64,000 bases of DNA from Myxococcales bacterium (GCA_047601445.1 JASGJH010000001.1:6208001-6272000); one strand, 5' to 3'; shown: positions 48,502 through 58,774, counted from the stretch's first letter. Made by a program: numbers and translations. Notes: a model not told the origin generated them from the sequence alone.

Positions 48502-50243
48502 CTAGGGGCCAGAGAGCTCGCGCTCCCACAGCTCGTTCGCCAGGTGCTCGAGGCCCCTGCCCAAGTGCCTCCGATAGGTGGAGAACGGCAGTCCCAAACG
48601 CTCTGCGGCACGCTCTTGGGTGGGGGCTGGACGCAGATAGGTGGCCTCCAGGGCGGCGGCGTAGCGCGCATGCCGGCTGGACTGCTTGAGGTTCTCCACG
48701 ATCTCGGTTACCAGCGAGCGAAACCTCGCCTCGGGATCGCGCGGAGCGGCGGCAGAACACACGAGGCGCGAGCGCAGCAGTGGACTCTGGGCGAGCATCG
48801 AGAGCTGCCCCCAGCGCTGCAGCGCCACACGAAGCGCATCGACGAAGACTTCGCGCGTCATGACCGTGTGGTGGGCGGGCGCTCCGGACTCCGGCTCGCG
48901 CAGCGCATCGACTTCGTCTTGCGCGAGGCGATCGAACCACCGGCTGGTAGAGGTGAGACGCCAATCGTGGGCACACAACACGAAGGAGTGGGTTCCGAGA
49001 TCGATCTCGGGGCCGGGCTCGTGCCCGAGCTGGTTCATCAGGGGCAACCAGAGCTCTCGCTGCAAGATGGGCATGAACGTCCAAGCCAAGCGCGGTGTAC
49101 TCAAAAAGAACAGGATGATCTGCAAGGAGCCCACGACGAAGCCTGGCGTGGGTTCACCGAAGGTCGCGTAGGCGAGCCAGTTGACGAGGGCCACGCTTTC
49201 GTCGTCCCGGATCGGCGCTATCCGCTGAGCGTGCTTCACGGCAGCCTGCATGCGCGGGTCGTGCGCCAGCTCGTCGTGATCCCGCAGTGTCACGCGCGGA
49301 TTCATCACGTAGCCGACGGCGCGTTCCGGACTCGCTCGCACCACCGTAAAAGCACTGGGCTGCAGTTCGAGCCAGCGGCCGACCGCGCGTGCGCACTCCT
49401 CTCCTTCGAAGCGCCGGGTGGCGTCGACGATGTCCTGATGATCGCTCGCTCGCAGCGCACTCGGATAGAAGGCGTGAGAACCCTCCCAATCGGCCCACGG
49501 TCTCACGACGGGACCGAAGCGATGCAGCCAGACGAGATCACGCGCGATCCGCGGGCGGTCTTCCGCGCGCGCAACGCGTAGCTCGCCGAGCAGAGCCTCG
49601 CGCAGTGTCACGTGCAGCTGGCGATAGCGACTGCGATCACGCGTGCGTAGCTCGGTGTCGAGTGCCACCGCCGCGAGCTCGTGCAGGGCCAGCCCCTCGT
49701 CCAGGCAGGATCATGCCGCCACTCTGCGGCCGGTGGACGACGGCTCGCGATGGCCACCAGGCAGCGCTCCGGAAGGGCCGGTAGCAGCTGTTCGCGTAGC
49801 CAGGTCTCGATTCCAGCCAGCGCTTCGCCGGTGTCGAGCAGCAATGCGCGGTGTGCCGCCCGACCCAGGAAATCGAGCGGCTCGTCAGCCGCGCTTGGGG
49901 GCGGCTGCGACGGGGAGGAAGCGCCGGCGTCCGAGAGGGCTCGCGCAAGAGCCTGCAGGAACGAGTCCGGTGAGCCGCCCGCCTCCCGCGCGTCGAGCCA
50001 AACAGGCTCCACGCCATGCTCCCGTGCGAGCTGCTCAAAGCGCCGCAGAAGGGATGTCTTGCCGACGCCACCTGGGCCATGAATCCACACGACATGAGGT
50101 CGGTCCGGGTTTGCCAGAGCCTCGCACCAGACGGCCTGCTCCCGAGAACGTCCAACGAAGCGGCGGTCGCGCTCGCGATTCAAATGCGCTTCCCAGCGCC
50201 CCCGGGGGGCGACGGGGGAGGACTCGCTTTTCGACTTCGCCAT
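48502..50243 (-). pseudogene. P-loop ATPase / C-terminal HTH regulator, disrupted near 49700
   Basis: FVGRSRE, GPGGVGKT, LLLDTGE in 49608-50243; HTH TQERAAERLGLPFSTYRRHL in another frame (48502-49668). Confidence 0.75.
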
Positions 50244-50373
50244 GGCGGCGGGAACCATACAGGCGGGCGTCCCTGGGGCCAAGGGGTGAAGGTCATCGAG
50301 TGAGCAGTCGGTGAGCAATCAATGAGCAGCACTTGGCCTTCCGTATGGACAACGTCTTCGCCTAGGGAGTCGC

Positions 50374-51822
50374 ATGACCATTCGCGAACGCGTGAAAGAG
50401 CTGCTGGATCCCGATCGCTTGCTGCTGCGCACGATGGATACGCTCATCGAAGTCAACGGCATCCGCCATGCCCTGGAGCTCGGCCGTGAGAGCTGGCGGC
50501 CTGGCAAACCGCTCAAGCTGCTCTTGGCTGGCTACACGGGCAGTCGCAATACGGGATCGGACATTCGCCCCGAGGAGATGATCCGGCAGTTTCGGACCAT
50601 CTGGGGTGACGACCAACTGGAGCTCAGCATTCTCACCATGGATAGGAAGCTGACCGCCGGCTACTTTCGGACGGCACGCCAGATCGAACTCCCGCTGGTG
50701 TATCCAGGCTTTCTGGCGCGGGAAGTTCCCAAGCATCACGGGGTGATCGGGGTCGAGGGCTCCATGTTCAAGAGCAAGTTCTCGAATGCGGTCACCACGA
50801 TGATGGCCAGCGCGATGGGCCTGGCGGCTGCGGAGCGCAAGCTGAGTGTCGGCTACGGCGCCGAGGCGGGTAGCATGGACGAGCCGCTACGGGATTTCGT
50901 GAGCGCGCAGTGCCGCAACTCCCTGGTGATCTGTCGCAACGAGCCCTCGCGAAGGGTGCTGTCCGAGCTTGGCGTTCGCACGCTGACTGGCACCGATACG
51001 GCGTGGACCTTCCGGCCTGCCCCCGCCGCACGTGGGGCGCAGCTGCTGCGCGCCGCGGGGTGGGATGGCCGCCAGAAAGTGCTCGCCGTGGGGCCGATCA
51101 ATCCTTTCTGGTGGCCGGTGAAGCCCGACCTGGTCAAGGCGTTCGAGAAGACCATCGAAGGTCGTGCGCGCGACGACCACTATCGCTCCATCTACTTTCA
51201 CGAATGGGGGGCCGAAGCCCGCCGCAAGTATCAGCGCTACATCGATGGGTTCACGAGCTTTCTCGAACGTTGGCTTGCTCGCAGCGACGTGTTTCCAATC
51301 CTGTTCGGCATGGAGCAGCTCGATCGCAAGGCTTGCGAGGATATTGCGCGCCAGCTGTCGCGACCCGTTCCGCTTTTCGTCAGCGATGAACACAACATGT
51401 ACGATCTCGTGAGCGTGCTCCATCACTGCGCGTTGCTCGTGAGTTCGCGTTTCCACGCGCTCGTGACCTCGATGCTCGCCGCGGTTCCTTCCGCCGGCGT
51501 CACCATGGACGAGCGCATCACGAACCTGATGTCGGACCGTGGCCATGCGGATCTCATGTTGGGCGTCGAAGACGACCAGCTCGGCGACAGGCTGCACGAG
51601 ACGATGGTTCGGCTGGAGGCACGTACTGCGGAAGTCGCCAAGGACATCGAGCGCTTCGTGCCTACTCACTTGAAGATGCTCGGCCAGATGGGCATCGACT
51701 TGGAGGACGAGGTGGCGCGCGTGTACCCGGAATTCCCGCGCGTGGCGCGCGTTAGAAGCTGGGAGCAGTACCTCCCCACGCCGGCTCCTTCCGTGCAGAA
51801 GATGCTCGAGAACCACGCATGA
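50374..51822 (+). CDS. Polysaccharide pyruvyl transferase family protein
   Basis: GYTGSRNTGSD, ICRNEPS, DTAW, VSSRFHA. Confidence 0.8.
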   Translation: MTIRERVKELLDPDRLLLRTMDTLIEVNGIRHALELGRESWRPGKPLKLLLAGYTGSRNTGSDIRPEEMIRQFRTIWGDDQLELSILTMDRKLTAGYFRTARQIELPLVYPGFLAREVPKHHGVIGVEGSMFKSKFSNAVTTMMASAMGLAAAERKLSVGYGAEAGSMDEPLRDFVSAQCRNSLVICRNEPSRRVLSELGVRTLTGTDTAWTFRPAPAARGAQLLRAAGWDGRQKVLAVGPINPFWWPVKPDLVKAFEKTIEGRARDDHYRSIYFHEWGAEARRKYQRYIDGFTSFLERWLARSDVFPILFGMEQLDRKACEDIARQLSRPVPLFVSDEHNMYDLVSVLHHCALLVSSRFHALVTSMLAAVPSAGVTMDERITNLMSDRGHADLMLGVEDDQLGDRLHETMVRLEARTAEVAKDIERFVPTHLKMLGQMGIDLEDEVARVYPEFPRVARVRSWEQYLPTPAPSVQKMLENHA

Positions 51823-52760
51823 TGGGTCAATGTGGACTCGTAACGCTGCGGCTCGCGTGGCAAGCGAGTGCGGAGGGCATTCGGCGCGTGGAGGCTGCGA
51901 TGGCGAGGCCCTCCGGGCGGGACCCGGCCTCCCACGGGGTTGCCTTTTCGGCCGTCGAACTGCGCACGGACGAAGGGCTCATGCTCTCGGCCTGGTGGGT
52001 TCCGGGACCGAGCTCCTCGGCGACCCTGGATCTCGTGGCGGTGGTGCACCCCTTCCACAGCGGGCACAAGTCCGACGTGCTGCCGTGGGTGAAGCTCCTG
52101 CACGAACTGGGACTCGGTGTGGTCGCGATCGATGGCCGGGGGCACGGTGACTCCGACCCGGTGCCCGCTGGCACCAAGGATAGCCTCGCCGCACGCGCGC
52201 ACGACGTCGCAGCGGCCTGCAACGAGGCCCGCAGGAGGGGAGCGCGGCGCCTGCTGCTGGTCGGGCAATCCCAGGGAGGTGGGGTTCCCGTGTTGGTGGA
52301 GGCTTCACGTCGAGGCGACGTGGCGGCGGTGGTCGTGGAGTCCGGCCCGGGGACGACCATGCTCGATGCCAGCCTTGGACTCGCCAAGTTCGCGTTGGCT
52401 GGCACGCGATCGAAGCCGTCGCGACTCGCGTTGATGATGTGTTGCGCACGGATCCTCCATCGCGGGCGTCCGATCGTGGATACGTGGGCACAATGGCGAT
52501 CGCTCGTGAGACTGAGGTCCCGACCCTTGTTGTGGATTCATGGCGAGCGCGATGCGGTCGTCCCCCTGGCTTCCGCTGCCCGCTGGTTCGGAGCGCTGGG
52601 CAAGCGCGGCGGACAGTGGCATGCGGTCATCATTCCGCGCGGTCGACACGCCGCATGCGTTCCCATGGGCACGGAACAAGTCCGGTTAGCGTTGAGAGAA
52701 CTCAACCCTTGGGGGGCTGCGTCGGATCCTGCAAGCGTGCTTCATGTGCCGAGACCTTGA
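51819..52760 (+). CDS. Alpha/beta hydrolase
   Basis: IDGRGHGDS, GQSQG, IHGERDAVVP, GRH. Confidence 0.82.
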   Translation: MMGQCGLVTLRLAWQASAEGIRRVEAAMARPSGRDPASHGVAFSAVELRTDEGLMLSAWWVPGPSSSATLDLVAVVHPFHSGHKSDVLPWVKLLHELGLGVVAIDGRGHGDSDPVPAGTKDSLAARAHDVAAACNEARRRGARRLLLVGQSQGGGVPVLVEASRRGDVAAVVVESGPGTTMLDASLGLAKFALAGTRSKPSRLALMMCCARILHRGRPIVDTWAQWRSLVRLRSRPLLWIHGERDAVVPLASAARWFGALGKRGGQWHAVIIPRGRHAACVPMGTEQVRLALRELNPWGAASDPASVLHVPRP

Positions 52761-52804
52761 GCTGACGCCCTGATCGGTTCACGCTGGCTGCCCAGGAGGC
52801 AACC

Positions 52805-53275
52805 ATGAACCCCGCACCGAACGGCTGGCCGCGCATCGCATCCTCATTGTTCTACGATGACCCGCGCAAGGCCATCGAATGGCTGTGCCGCGCGTTTGGC
52901 TTCGAGGTCCGCCTGCTCGTCGAGTCGAGCGAAGGCGGCGTCGTGCACAGCGAGCTCGTCTACGGAGACGGCGTGATCATGGTCGGAGACGCCAGCAAGC
53001 GTCCCCACTACCGCAGCCCGCGCGCGGCGAACGGCAACACGCAGTCGCTGATGGTCTGCGTGGACGACGTCGATGCACACTGTGAGCACGCGCGAGAGCA
53101 CGGCGCCAAGATCTTCATGGAGCCGACCACCAGCGACCACGGGCCCGACTACTGGACCGATCGCAGCTACGGTGCGGTGGACCTGGAAGGGCATCACTTC
53201 TGGTTCGTACAGCGACTCAGGACCGGGAATCAGGACTGGAGCAAGGTACGAAACAAGATCGAGCGTCACGGTTAG
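52805..53275 (+). CDS. VOC/glyoxalase (PhnB-like) family protein
   Basis: AIEWLCRAFGF, VDDVDAH, DLEGHHFWF; AGGAGG RBS. Confidence 0.88.
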   Translation: MNPAPNGWPRIASSLFYDDPRKAIEWLCRAFGFEVRLLVESSEGGVVHSELVYGDGVIMVGDASKRPHYRSPRAANGNTQSLMVCVDDVDAHCEHAREHGAKIFMEPTTSDHGPDYWTDRSYGAVDLEGHHFWFVQRLRTGNQDWSKVRNKIERHG

Positions 53276-53407
53276 AAGAGACGTCTCGCGGATTCCCGGG
53301 ACCCGGGACGCACCTGCTAGTCGGCAAGAACGTCCCGGCCCCGCATGGGCGCCTCACTCGTGGAATGCGGGCACACCGTGAGCGAAGGTCCCGCCGATCG
53401 AGCTTCG

Positions 53408-53686
53408 CTAATACACGCCGCGTGAGCTGCCGCCGCCTCGATGGATCAGGCGTAGCAACAAAAGCAGCACGATGGAGCCAATGAAGGCCACGAAGATGGT
53501 GCCCGCCAAGCCTCCGAAAGGACTGCCCACGCTGAGTGCCCGGAACAAGAAGCTGCCCAGGAACGCGCCGACTACACCCACGATGATGTCGCCGACGAGT
53601 CCGTAACCGCCGCCCACCAGGGCGGATGCGAGCCAGCCAGCGATCAATCCGATGACCGCCCACAGCAATATGGTTTCCAGCGTCAT
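53408..53686 (-). CDS. GlsB/YeaQ/YmgE family stress-response membrane protein
   Basis: IGLIAGWLA..DIIVGVVGAFLG..AFIGSIVLL. Confidence 0.92.
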   Translation of the reverse strand: MTLETILLWAVIGLIAGWLASALVGGGYGLVGDIIVGVVGAFLGSFLFRALSVGSPFGGLAGTIFVAFIGSIVLLLLLRLIHRGGGSSRGVY

Positions 53687-53709
53687 GGTTTCACCTCGCG
53701 GCTAGTCGA

Positions 53710-53725
53710 AGCATCGCTCGTGCCA
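53710..53725 (-). promoter_or_regulatory. Sigma54-type promoter
   Basis: TGGCACGAGCGATGCT, close to consensus TGGCACG-N4-TTGC. Confidence 0.7.
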
Positions 53726-53784
53726 GCACTGGAGCGCTGGAGAATTACAGCGAGCGGCAGGTCCCATGTCTCGCCCTCTGAACG

Positions 53785-55272
53785 CTAGCGCGTCGCCATC
53801 ACATCTTGGCCGGAGGTCGTCTCGCGTGGAAGGCGCACGGTGAATACCGTCTCGTCCGCGTCACTGCGAGCGGCGATGCTGCCGCCATGTGCAAAGGCGA
53901 TGCGTTCCGAGATGTAGAGGCCGAGGCCCAAGCCTTCCTCGGAGGTGCGCGCCGTGGGCCCGGCTCCGCGTCGGAAGGGTTCGAACAGCGTGCCCATCAG
54001 TGCCTCGGGGATGGGCGGGCCCTGATTGTGCACGCTCAACACCACCTGGTCGGCTGCCTCGCCCGAGAGCCGCACCACCACCGGGCTTTCGGGGGCGCCG
54101 TGCGTGAGCGCGTTGTTCACCAGGTTGCCGATCAGCTGACCGAGTCGGTCGCCGTCCCAGGTTCCCATGAGGTCGCCTTGCCCACGCAGCTGCAGGCTGC
54201 GCTCGGGGCGCGCGGCGCGAAACTCCTCGAGCAGGGTCGTGCACAGTTCGCCCAGGTCGAGCGGGGTGGGCGCCAGCACGAGGCCGCCTCCGGCGCGCAT
54301 GCGGGTGAAGTCCAGCACCTGCTTGATCAGCGCGCTCATGCGTTGGGCCGCGCGCACGATGCGCCGCGCGCTGCGCATGCCCACTTCGGGCATGTCGTCC
54401 CGCAGCATCATGGCTTGCGCGCTCATGGTGATGGACGACAGTGGCGTACGCAGGTCGTGGGCGAGCACACCCATGAAGAGATCGCGTAGCTCGGCTTCGC
54501 GCTCCAGTTGCTCCGCGGCGCGCTTCTGCTGGCTGATGTCGGACAGCACCGCGCCAAGTGCGATGGTCTCGTCGGCGATCACGATGGGATAGAAGCTCAC
54601 CAGAAAGCTGCGCACCACCTCGGGCACCGCGCGCGTCCGGATCGACGCCTCCATGTTCACCAAGGGTTGGCCCGATTGCCACACGTCGCCGATGGCGGCC
54701 TCGATTTCCTCGGGCAGCTCGGGCAACACGTCGCGGACGCGCCGGCCGAGGTGAGCCTCCACGGGCATCCCGTTGAGTCGGGCCAAGGTCTCGTTCACGC
54801 GCACGTAGCGCGACTCGCGGTCGAGCACTGCGAAGCCCACGGGGGAACCGCTCAGGAAGGTGTCGAGCAGCGCCAACGACGCGTCGCGATCGTGCTCCGT
54901 CTGCTTACGGCTCGTAATGTCGCTCGAGATGCCACCCAAGCCGTACACGTTTCCGCGCGCATCGCGCAGGGGAAACTTCACGGACCAATACACGCGGGGC
55001 CCCCCGCGGCTCGGGACGGTCTCCTCGCAATCGACGGGTCGACCGGTCTGCATCACCTCCCGATCGACCTTACAGAGCAGGTCTGCGACCTGAGGTTCGA
55101 ACAGGTCGTAGTCGGTCTTGCCGAGGGCATTCACGCCGAACAGGTCGAAGAAGTGCGCGTTGAAGAACAGGTAGCGCCCCTCCCGATCCTTGGCATAGAC
55201 AGCGGCCGAGGTGTGATCCAGGCAGCCGCGCAGAAATTCCTTGGTGATCTGGTCGTCTTGATCGAACTCCAT
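53785..55272 (-). CDS. Cytoplasmic PAS-PAS histidine kinase
   Basis: AHDLRTPL, NLVNNALTHG, LFEPF, GLGLGL; two PAS/PAC domains. Confidence 0.92.
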   Translation of the reverse strand: MEFDQDDQITKEFLRGCLDHTSAAVYAKDREGRYLFFNAHFFDLFGVNALGKTDYDLFEPQVADLLCKVDREVMQTGRPVDCEETVPSRGGPRVYWSVKFPLRDARGNVYGLGGISSDITSRKQTEHDRDASLALLDTFLSGSPVGFAVLDRESRYVRVNETLARLNGMPVEAHLGRRVRDVLPELPEEIEAAIGDVWQSGQPLVNMEASIRTRAVPEVVRSFLVSFYPIVIADETIALGAVLSDISQQKRAAEQLEREAELRDLFMGVLAHDLRTPLSSITMSAQAMMLRDDMPEVGMRSARRIVRAAQRMSALIKQVLDFTRMRAGGGLVLAPTPLDLGELCTTLLEEFRAARPERSLQLRGQGDLMGTWDGDRLGQLIGNLVNNALTHGAPESPVVVRLSGEAADQVVLSVHNQGPPIPEALMGTLFEPFRRGAGPTARTSEEGLGLGLYISERIAFAHGGSIAARSDADETVFTVRLPRETTSGQDVMATR

Positions 55273-55335
55273 CGTCCCTTTCCTGTGGCTGTGGTTTCGA
55301 TCGATGTATGCGCCTCGCCAAGGTTCGCTAGTGTT

Positions 55336-55351
55336 CGGCATGGCCCATGCA
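55336..55351 (+). promoter_or_regulatory. Sigma54-like promoter
   Basis: CGGCATGGCCCATGCA, GG-N10-GC, just upstream of ATG 55365. Confidence 0.5.
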
Positions 55352-55364
55352 TCATCACTGCTTC

Positions 55365-55928
55365 ATGGTCAGCACCGCGAAGAAGGCTCCGACGAAGAAG
55401 CGATCGAACGTCCGTGGATCCACGGCAAAAAGCGCAGCGAGTAAGGCGGCAGCCAGCAAACGCGCGCCGTCCCATGCGCGCAAGAAGCGCTCAACCGTCG
55501 CAGAATCGTCCGCGCGTACGCGCCAACCTGCTGCGCGCAAGGCCGCGAGCTCACGCAGCGCCTCACCGGCTCGACGTAGTCCGAGGCTCACCAAGCTGAG
55601 TCGAGACTCGCGCGGGGGCCTTACCGCCCAGGGGCGTGCCGCCTATCGCAAGAGCGAGGGCTCGCACCTGAAGCCGGGCGTGACGAAGCCCGAGCGAGAG
55701 ATGAGCAGCACCGAGATGCGTCGCAAGGGCAGCTGGGCGAGGCGCTTCTATGGACGCGCGAAGTTGCCGGCCCTCACCGACGAGAAGGGCAGACCCACGC
55801 GCTTCGCGCTGACCGCACGTGCCTGGGGAGAGGCCGTGCCGAGGACGATGCGCGCTGCGCGGGCCATCGCCGCGAAGGGCAAGCGACTGCTCGAGAAGGT
55901 TCGCGGGCGCAAGGCTCGAGCGCGCTGA
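55365..55928 (+). CDS. Basic protein: histone-like Lys/Arg/Ser/Ala N-terminus plus DUF6321-like domain
   Basis: GGLTAQGRAAY..HLKPGV..RRKGSWARRF..KGRPTR..ARAWG. Confidence 0.65.
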   Translation: MVSTAKKAPTKKRSNVRGSTAKSAASKAAASKRAPSHARKKRSTVAESSARTRQPAARKAASSRSASPARRSPRLTKLSRDSRGGLTAQGRAAYRKSEGSHLKPGVTKPEREMSSTEMRRKGSWARRFYGRAKLPALTDEKGRPTRFALTARAWGEAVPRTMRAARAIAAKGKRLLEKVRGRKARAR

Positions 55929-55940
55929 GTCCAGCGAGAC

Positions 55941-57056
55941 TCAGGGAGCGTTCAGCCAGAGCGGTGGACCCAGGATCCAACCGACCAACCAGTCCTGCAG
56001 CACGGTCTTGGCCTGTGCGCTCTGGGTACCCGGACTCGCGAGCATGACGTGACTCGTCCCGTTCGCGATGAAGAAGCGCGTGTCCGCGTGACCGTAAGAT
56101 TGCGTGAGTAGCTCCGAGATCTTCGTTTGCTCGCTGGGGCCGTCGAAGCCGAAGAAGAGTCCGATCACGGCGTCCTGTTGGTAGGCGAGTAAGCCGATGC
56201 GTCCATGGCGGTCGTCTTCCGCGATGGCATCGATGACGCCGCCGAAGCGCTCCGTGCAGTCACCGCAGGTGTCGGGCAGCTGCAGGTTCCAGGCGCTCTG
56301 CCAGGTGCTCCAGAGTCCACCCGCGGGGGTCAGAAGCGGAGCGCTGTCCGCCAGCATGTGCACTTGGGCCTCGGGGAAGGCGCGCTCCACCTTCTGCAAG
56401 TTCAAGGTGGCCCCGTAGCCACCGGCCGAACTCCCGAGCAGCCAGACGGTCTTCGGCGCCTGCACACCCTGACGAAGCCGTGCCAGGATCGCGTCTATGT
56501 TGAGCCCGCCCACGTGGTGCACGCTCTTCGAGCCGTACGCGCGCGAGACCGTTCCCGCGTGCAGATCGCCCGTGCAATAGGGCACCAGGATCTGCGTTCC
56601 GAGCGAGACGGGGTTATTGGGGTCGCGCTTGGTGGCGGGCTGCTTGCTCGCGAAATCGCTGTCGAACAGCGCAGCGTCGTAGGTATCCTCGATGTGCACG
56701 GCGGACTTGCGTACGAAGCAGGTGTCCTGGTCCCAGCAAGCGCCGCCTCCTTCCAGCATGATCACCAGGTTGTCCGTGTCGCTGGAGCGGTTCACGCCGA
56801 CCCCGGTGGCCGTGCCGTTGGCGCAGGTCGCACCCGCGATGGGCAAGAACGTCCACTGGTCGAGCGGGGTGTCGAGCGGGTCGAATTCGGGCATGTCCGC
56901 GTCGGCGCCGTCGGCGTCGTGACCGGCTGCGCCATCTGCGTGCGGCGAAGCATCGTGGGTGTCACCCGCGTCGAGTTCGCTCGCCTCCGCTGCGGGATCC
57001 GACGAGCTGCACGCGGCGACCGAAGCAAGGCCGACCAACCAGGGAAGAAAGCGCAT
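55941..57056 (-). CDS. Pectinacetylesterase/Notum-family lipoprotein
   Basis: VAAC lipobox; CANG, LEGGGACW, VPYCTGDLHAG, GSSAGG. Confidence 0.85.
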   Translation of the reverse strand: MRFLPWLVGLASVAACSSSDPAAEASELDAGDTHDASPHADGAAGHDADGADADMPEFDPLDTPLDQWTFLPIAGATCANGTATGVGVNRSSDTDNLVIMLEGGGACWDQDTCFVRKSAVHIEDTYDAALFDSDFASKQPATKRDPNNPVSLGTQILVPYCTGDLHAGTVSRAYGSKSVHHVGGLNIDAILARLRQGVQAPKTVWLLGSSAGGYGATLNLQKVERAFPEAQVHMLADSAPLLTPAGGLWSTWQSAWNLQLPDTCGDCTERFGGVIDAIAEDDRHGRIGLLAYQQDAVIGLFFGFDGPSEQTKISELLTQSYGHADTRFFIANGTSHVMLASPGTQSAQAKTVLQDWLVGWILGPPLWLNAP

Positions 57057-57088
57057 CCGCTCTCCATAGCCCGCCGCGCCGCGCCGAA

Positions 57089-57931
57089 TCAATCGTGTTC
57101 GGTGCCGGTTGGCCTGGCTCGAGCGTCCGGAAGCGTGGCCACCAAGAGCGCTGCATACGGATGCGGCGTGCCGGCAACGCGCTCGGGCGTGAGGAGCGCG
57201 GAGATTTCTCCATCCAGATAGAGAGCGTCCTGACAATGAAGCACGTCGAGGAAGAGCTTGGCCGAGGTGGCGAAGGACACGGGCGCCTGCGAGAGGGCGA
57301 AGAACACGTGTCCCGCTGCATCGACGCCCACGGCGCTGCGCACGCGCAAGCTGGTGCCGGGTTCGCTGAAACTCGGGTGCATCACGCCATGATCGAGCAG
57401 CAACGGCCCCGACTGCGTCGCCAGCTCCAGCTTGCCCTGCGCAGCGAAGCGTTTCGTCGCGGCCACGTGCGCGCCCTGCGCGTCGACCCAGAACACGCCG
57501 TTGGGCTTCAGGAAAAAGTTCCCGCTGCCCTCCGCGGTGGACAACGCATGGAGTTCCTCGCCGTCTTCGACGTGCAGGCCCACGGGTACGCGTCCGGGAT
57601 CGAAGATACCCGCGTTGGTGGCCACCACGAGTCGCTCCGGGCGCCCCAGCAAGTACTCGCTCAACTCCTCGAAGGTCTGGGGTTCGCCGGGGCGCTGCCC
57701 TAGCAGCCCGAGCTTCACTTCCCGCAGATCGAGCTCGGCCACCCACCACTCGGCCCCTTCGTGGGTGACCTCGCGCACACGGGAGGGCTGCACGCGCACG
57801 GGCTCGGTGCGCGGCGGCGTGGGGCGCGTGGGATGGCGGGGCGGCTCAGTGCGATCGCAGGCGCAGCACAGGGTCAACCCGATCAGACAGGCGAGGCGTA
57901 AGGACCTTCGCAGAGGGATCCCCTCGGGCAT
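57089..57931 (-). CDS. Phosphodiester glycosidase (YigE/DUF2233) family secreted protein
   Basis: TNAGIF, GNFFLKPNGVF, ATQSGPLL, RSAVG, ALYLDGEIS. Confidence 0.85.
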   Translation of the reverse strand: MPEGIPLRRSLRLACLIGLTLCCACDRTEPPRHPTRPTPPRTEPVRVQPSRVREVTHEGAEWWVAELDLREVKLGLLGQRPGEPQTFEELSEYLLGRPERLVVATNAGIFDPGRVPVGLHVEDGEELHALSTAEGSGNFFLKPNGVFWVDAQGAHVAATKRFAAQGKLELATQSGPLLLDHGVMHPSFSEPGTSLRVRSAVGVDAAGHVFFALSQAPVSFATSAKLFLDVLHCQDALYLDGEISALLTPERVAGTPHPYAALLVATLPDARARPTGTEHD

Positions 57932-57975
57932 TCGATGATGACGCGCGAAGCGCTCGAACGATCTGAGGCCCGCCC

Positions 57976-58575
57976 TCAGGCCGGGCGCTTGGCCAGCAGG
58001 CTCGCCTTTACGATGCGCAGGAGCTCCCCGAGATAGCGGTCGCTCACGTCTTCCCGCTTGCCCGGCAGGGCATGGGTGACCACGGGCAGGGCGGCGATGC
58101 CGCTCACGGCCAGCGTGACCACGTGGACGATATAGGCCTCGGGGTCCACGTCCTTGGGCACGTAGCCGGCTTCCTGGCTCTTGCGGATGTAGTCGGCGAT
58201 CAGCGTGACCCAGGGCGTGAGGGTCTGGGAGAGGCGGTTCCGCATCTGCTCGGGCCGATCCATCAGCTCGCGCACCACCAGGCGGGCCCGGTCGGGGTCC
58301 TCGCTGAAGAAGCGCACCAGCTCCACCGTGATGGCATCGAAGCGGCCCTTGCCGCTGGTCACGGCCTCGAGCAGGCGCGGCAGGCTCTCCGTCCAGTGGT
58401 CGAAGAGCTTGTCGAGCACCCCGCGCAGGAGGTCGTTCTTGGAGGGAAAGTGATGGAGAAGCGAGGGCTTCTTCACGCCGACCTCGTCCGCAATCTCCTG
58501 CAGCGAGGTGGAATCGAATCCATGGCGGGCGAAGCGCCGGGTGGCGACGGCCAGAATTTGCGCGCGGACGTCCAC
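57976..58575 (-). CDS. TetR/AcrR regulator
   Basis: ILAVATRRFARHGFDSTSLQEIADEVGVKKPSLLHHFPSK. Confidence 0.93.
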   Translation of the reverse strand: MDVRAQILAVATRRFARHGFDSTSLQEIADEVGVKKPSLLHHFPSKNDLLRGVLDKLFDHWTESLPRLLEAVTSGKGRFDAITVELVRFFSEDPDRARLVVRELMDRPEQMRNRLSQTLTPWVTLIADYIRKSQEAGYVPKDVDPEAYIVHVVTLAVSGIAALPVVTHALPGKREDVSDRYLGELLRIVKASLLAKRPA

Positions 58576-58578
58576 GGT

Positions 58579-58774
58579 GACTACCGAGCGGTTTGTACTA
58601 GACTACCAAACGGTAGTCCACCACGCGTTGGCGGAGGCCGCCATTTTTTCCCGCGAAAACTGTATTCCAGGGGACGTACGCTGCGTTGACCCCGAAATGG
58701 CAACGGAAAAAGCGGGCCCTGCAACTTGCACGTTCTCTACCGTATGGCAGTTAGTCAGCAACCGTGCGGTAGGG
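58579..58774. promoter_or_regulatory. Four GACTACC-N4-GGTAGTC-type operators in two pairs (probable TetR sites)
   Basis: Perfect palindrome at 58601-58618; variants at 58579, 58735, 58757; each pair offset 22 bp. Confidence 0.68.
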
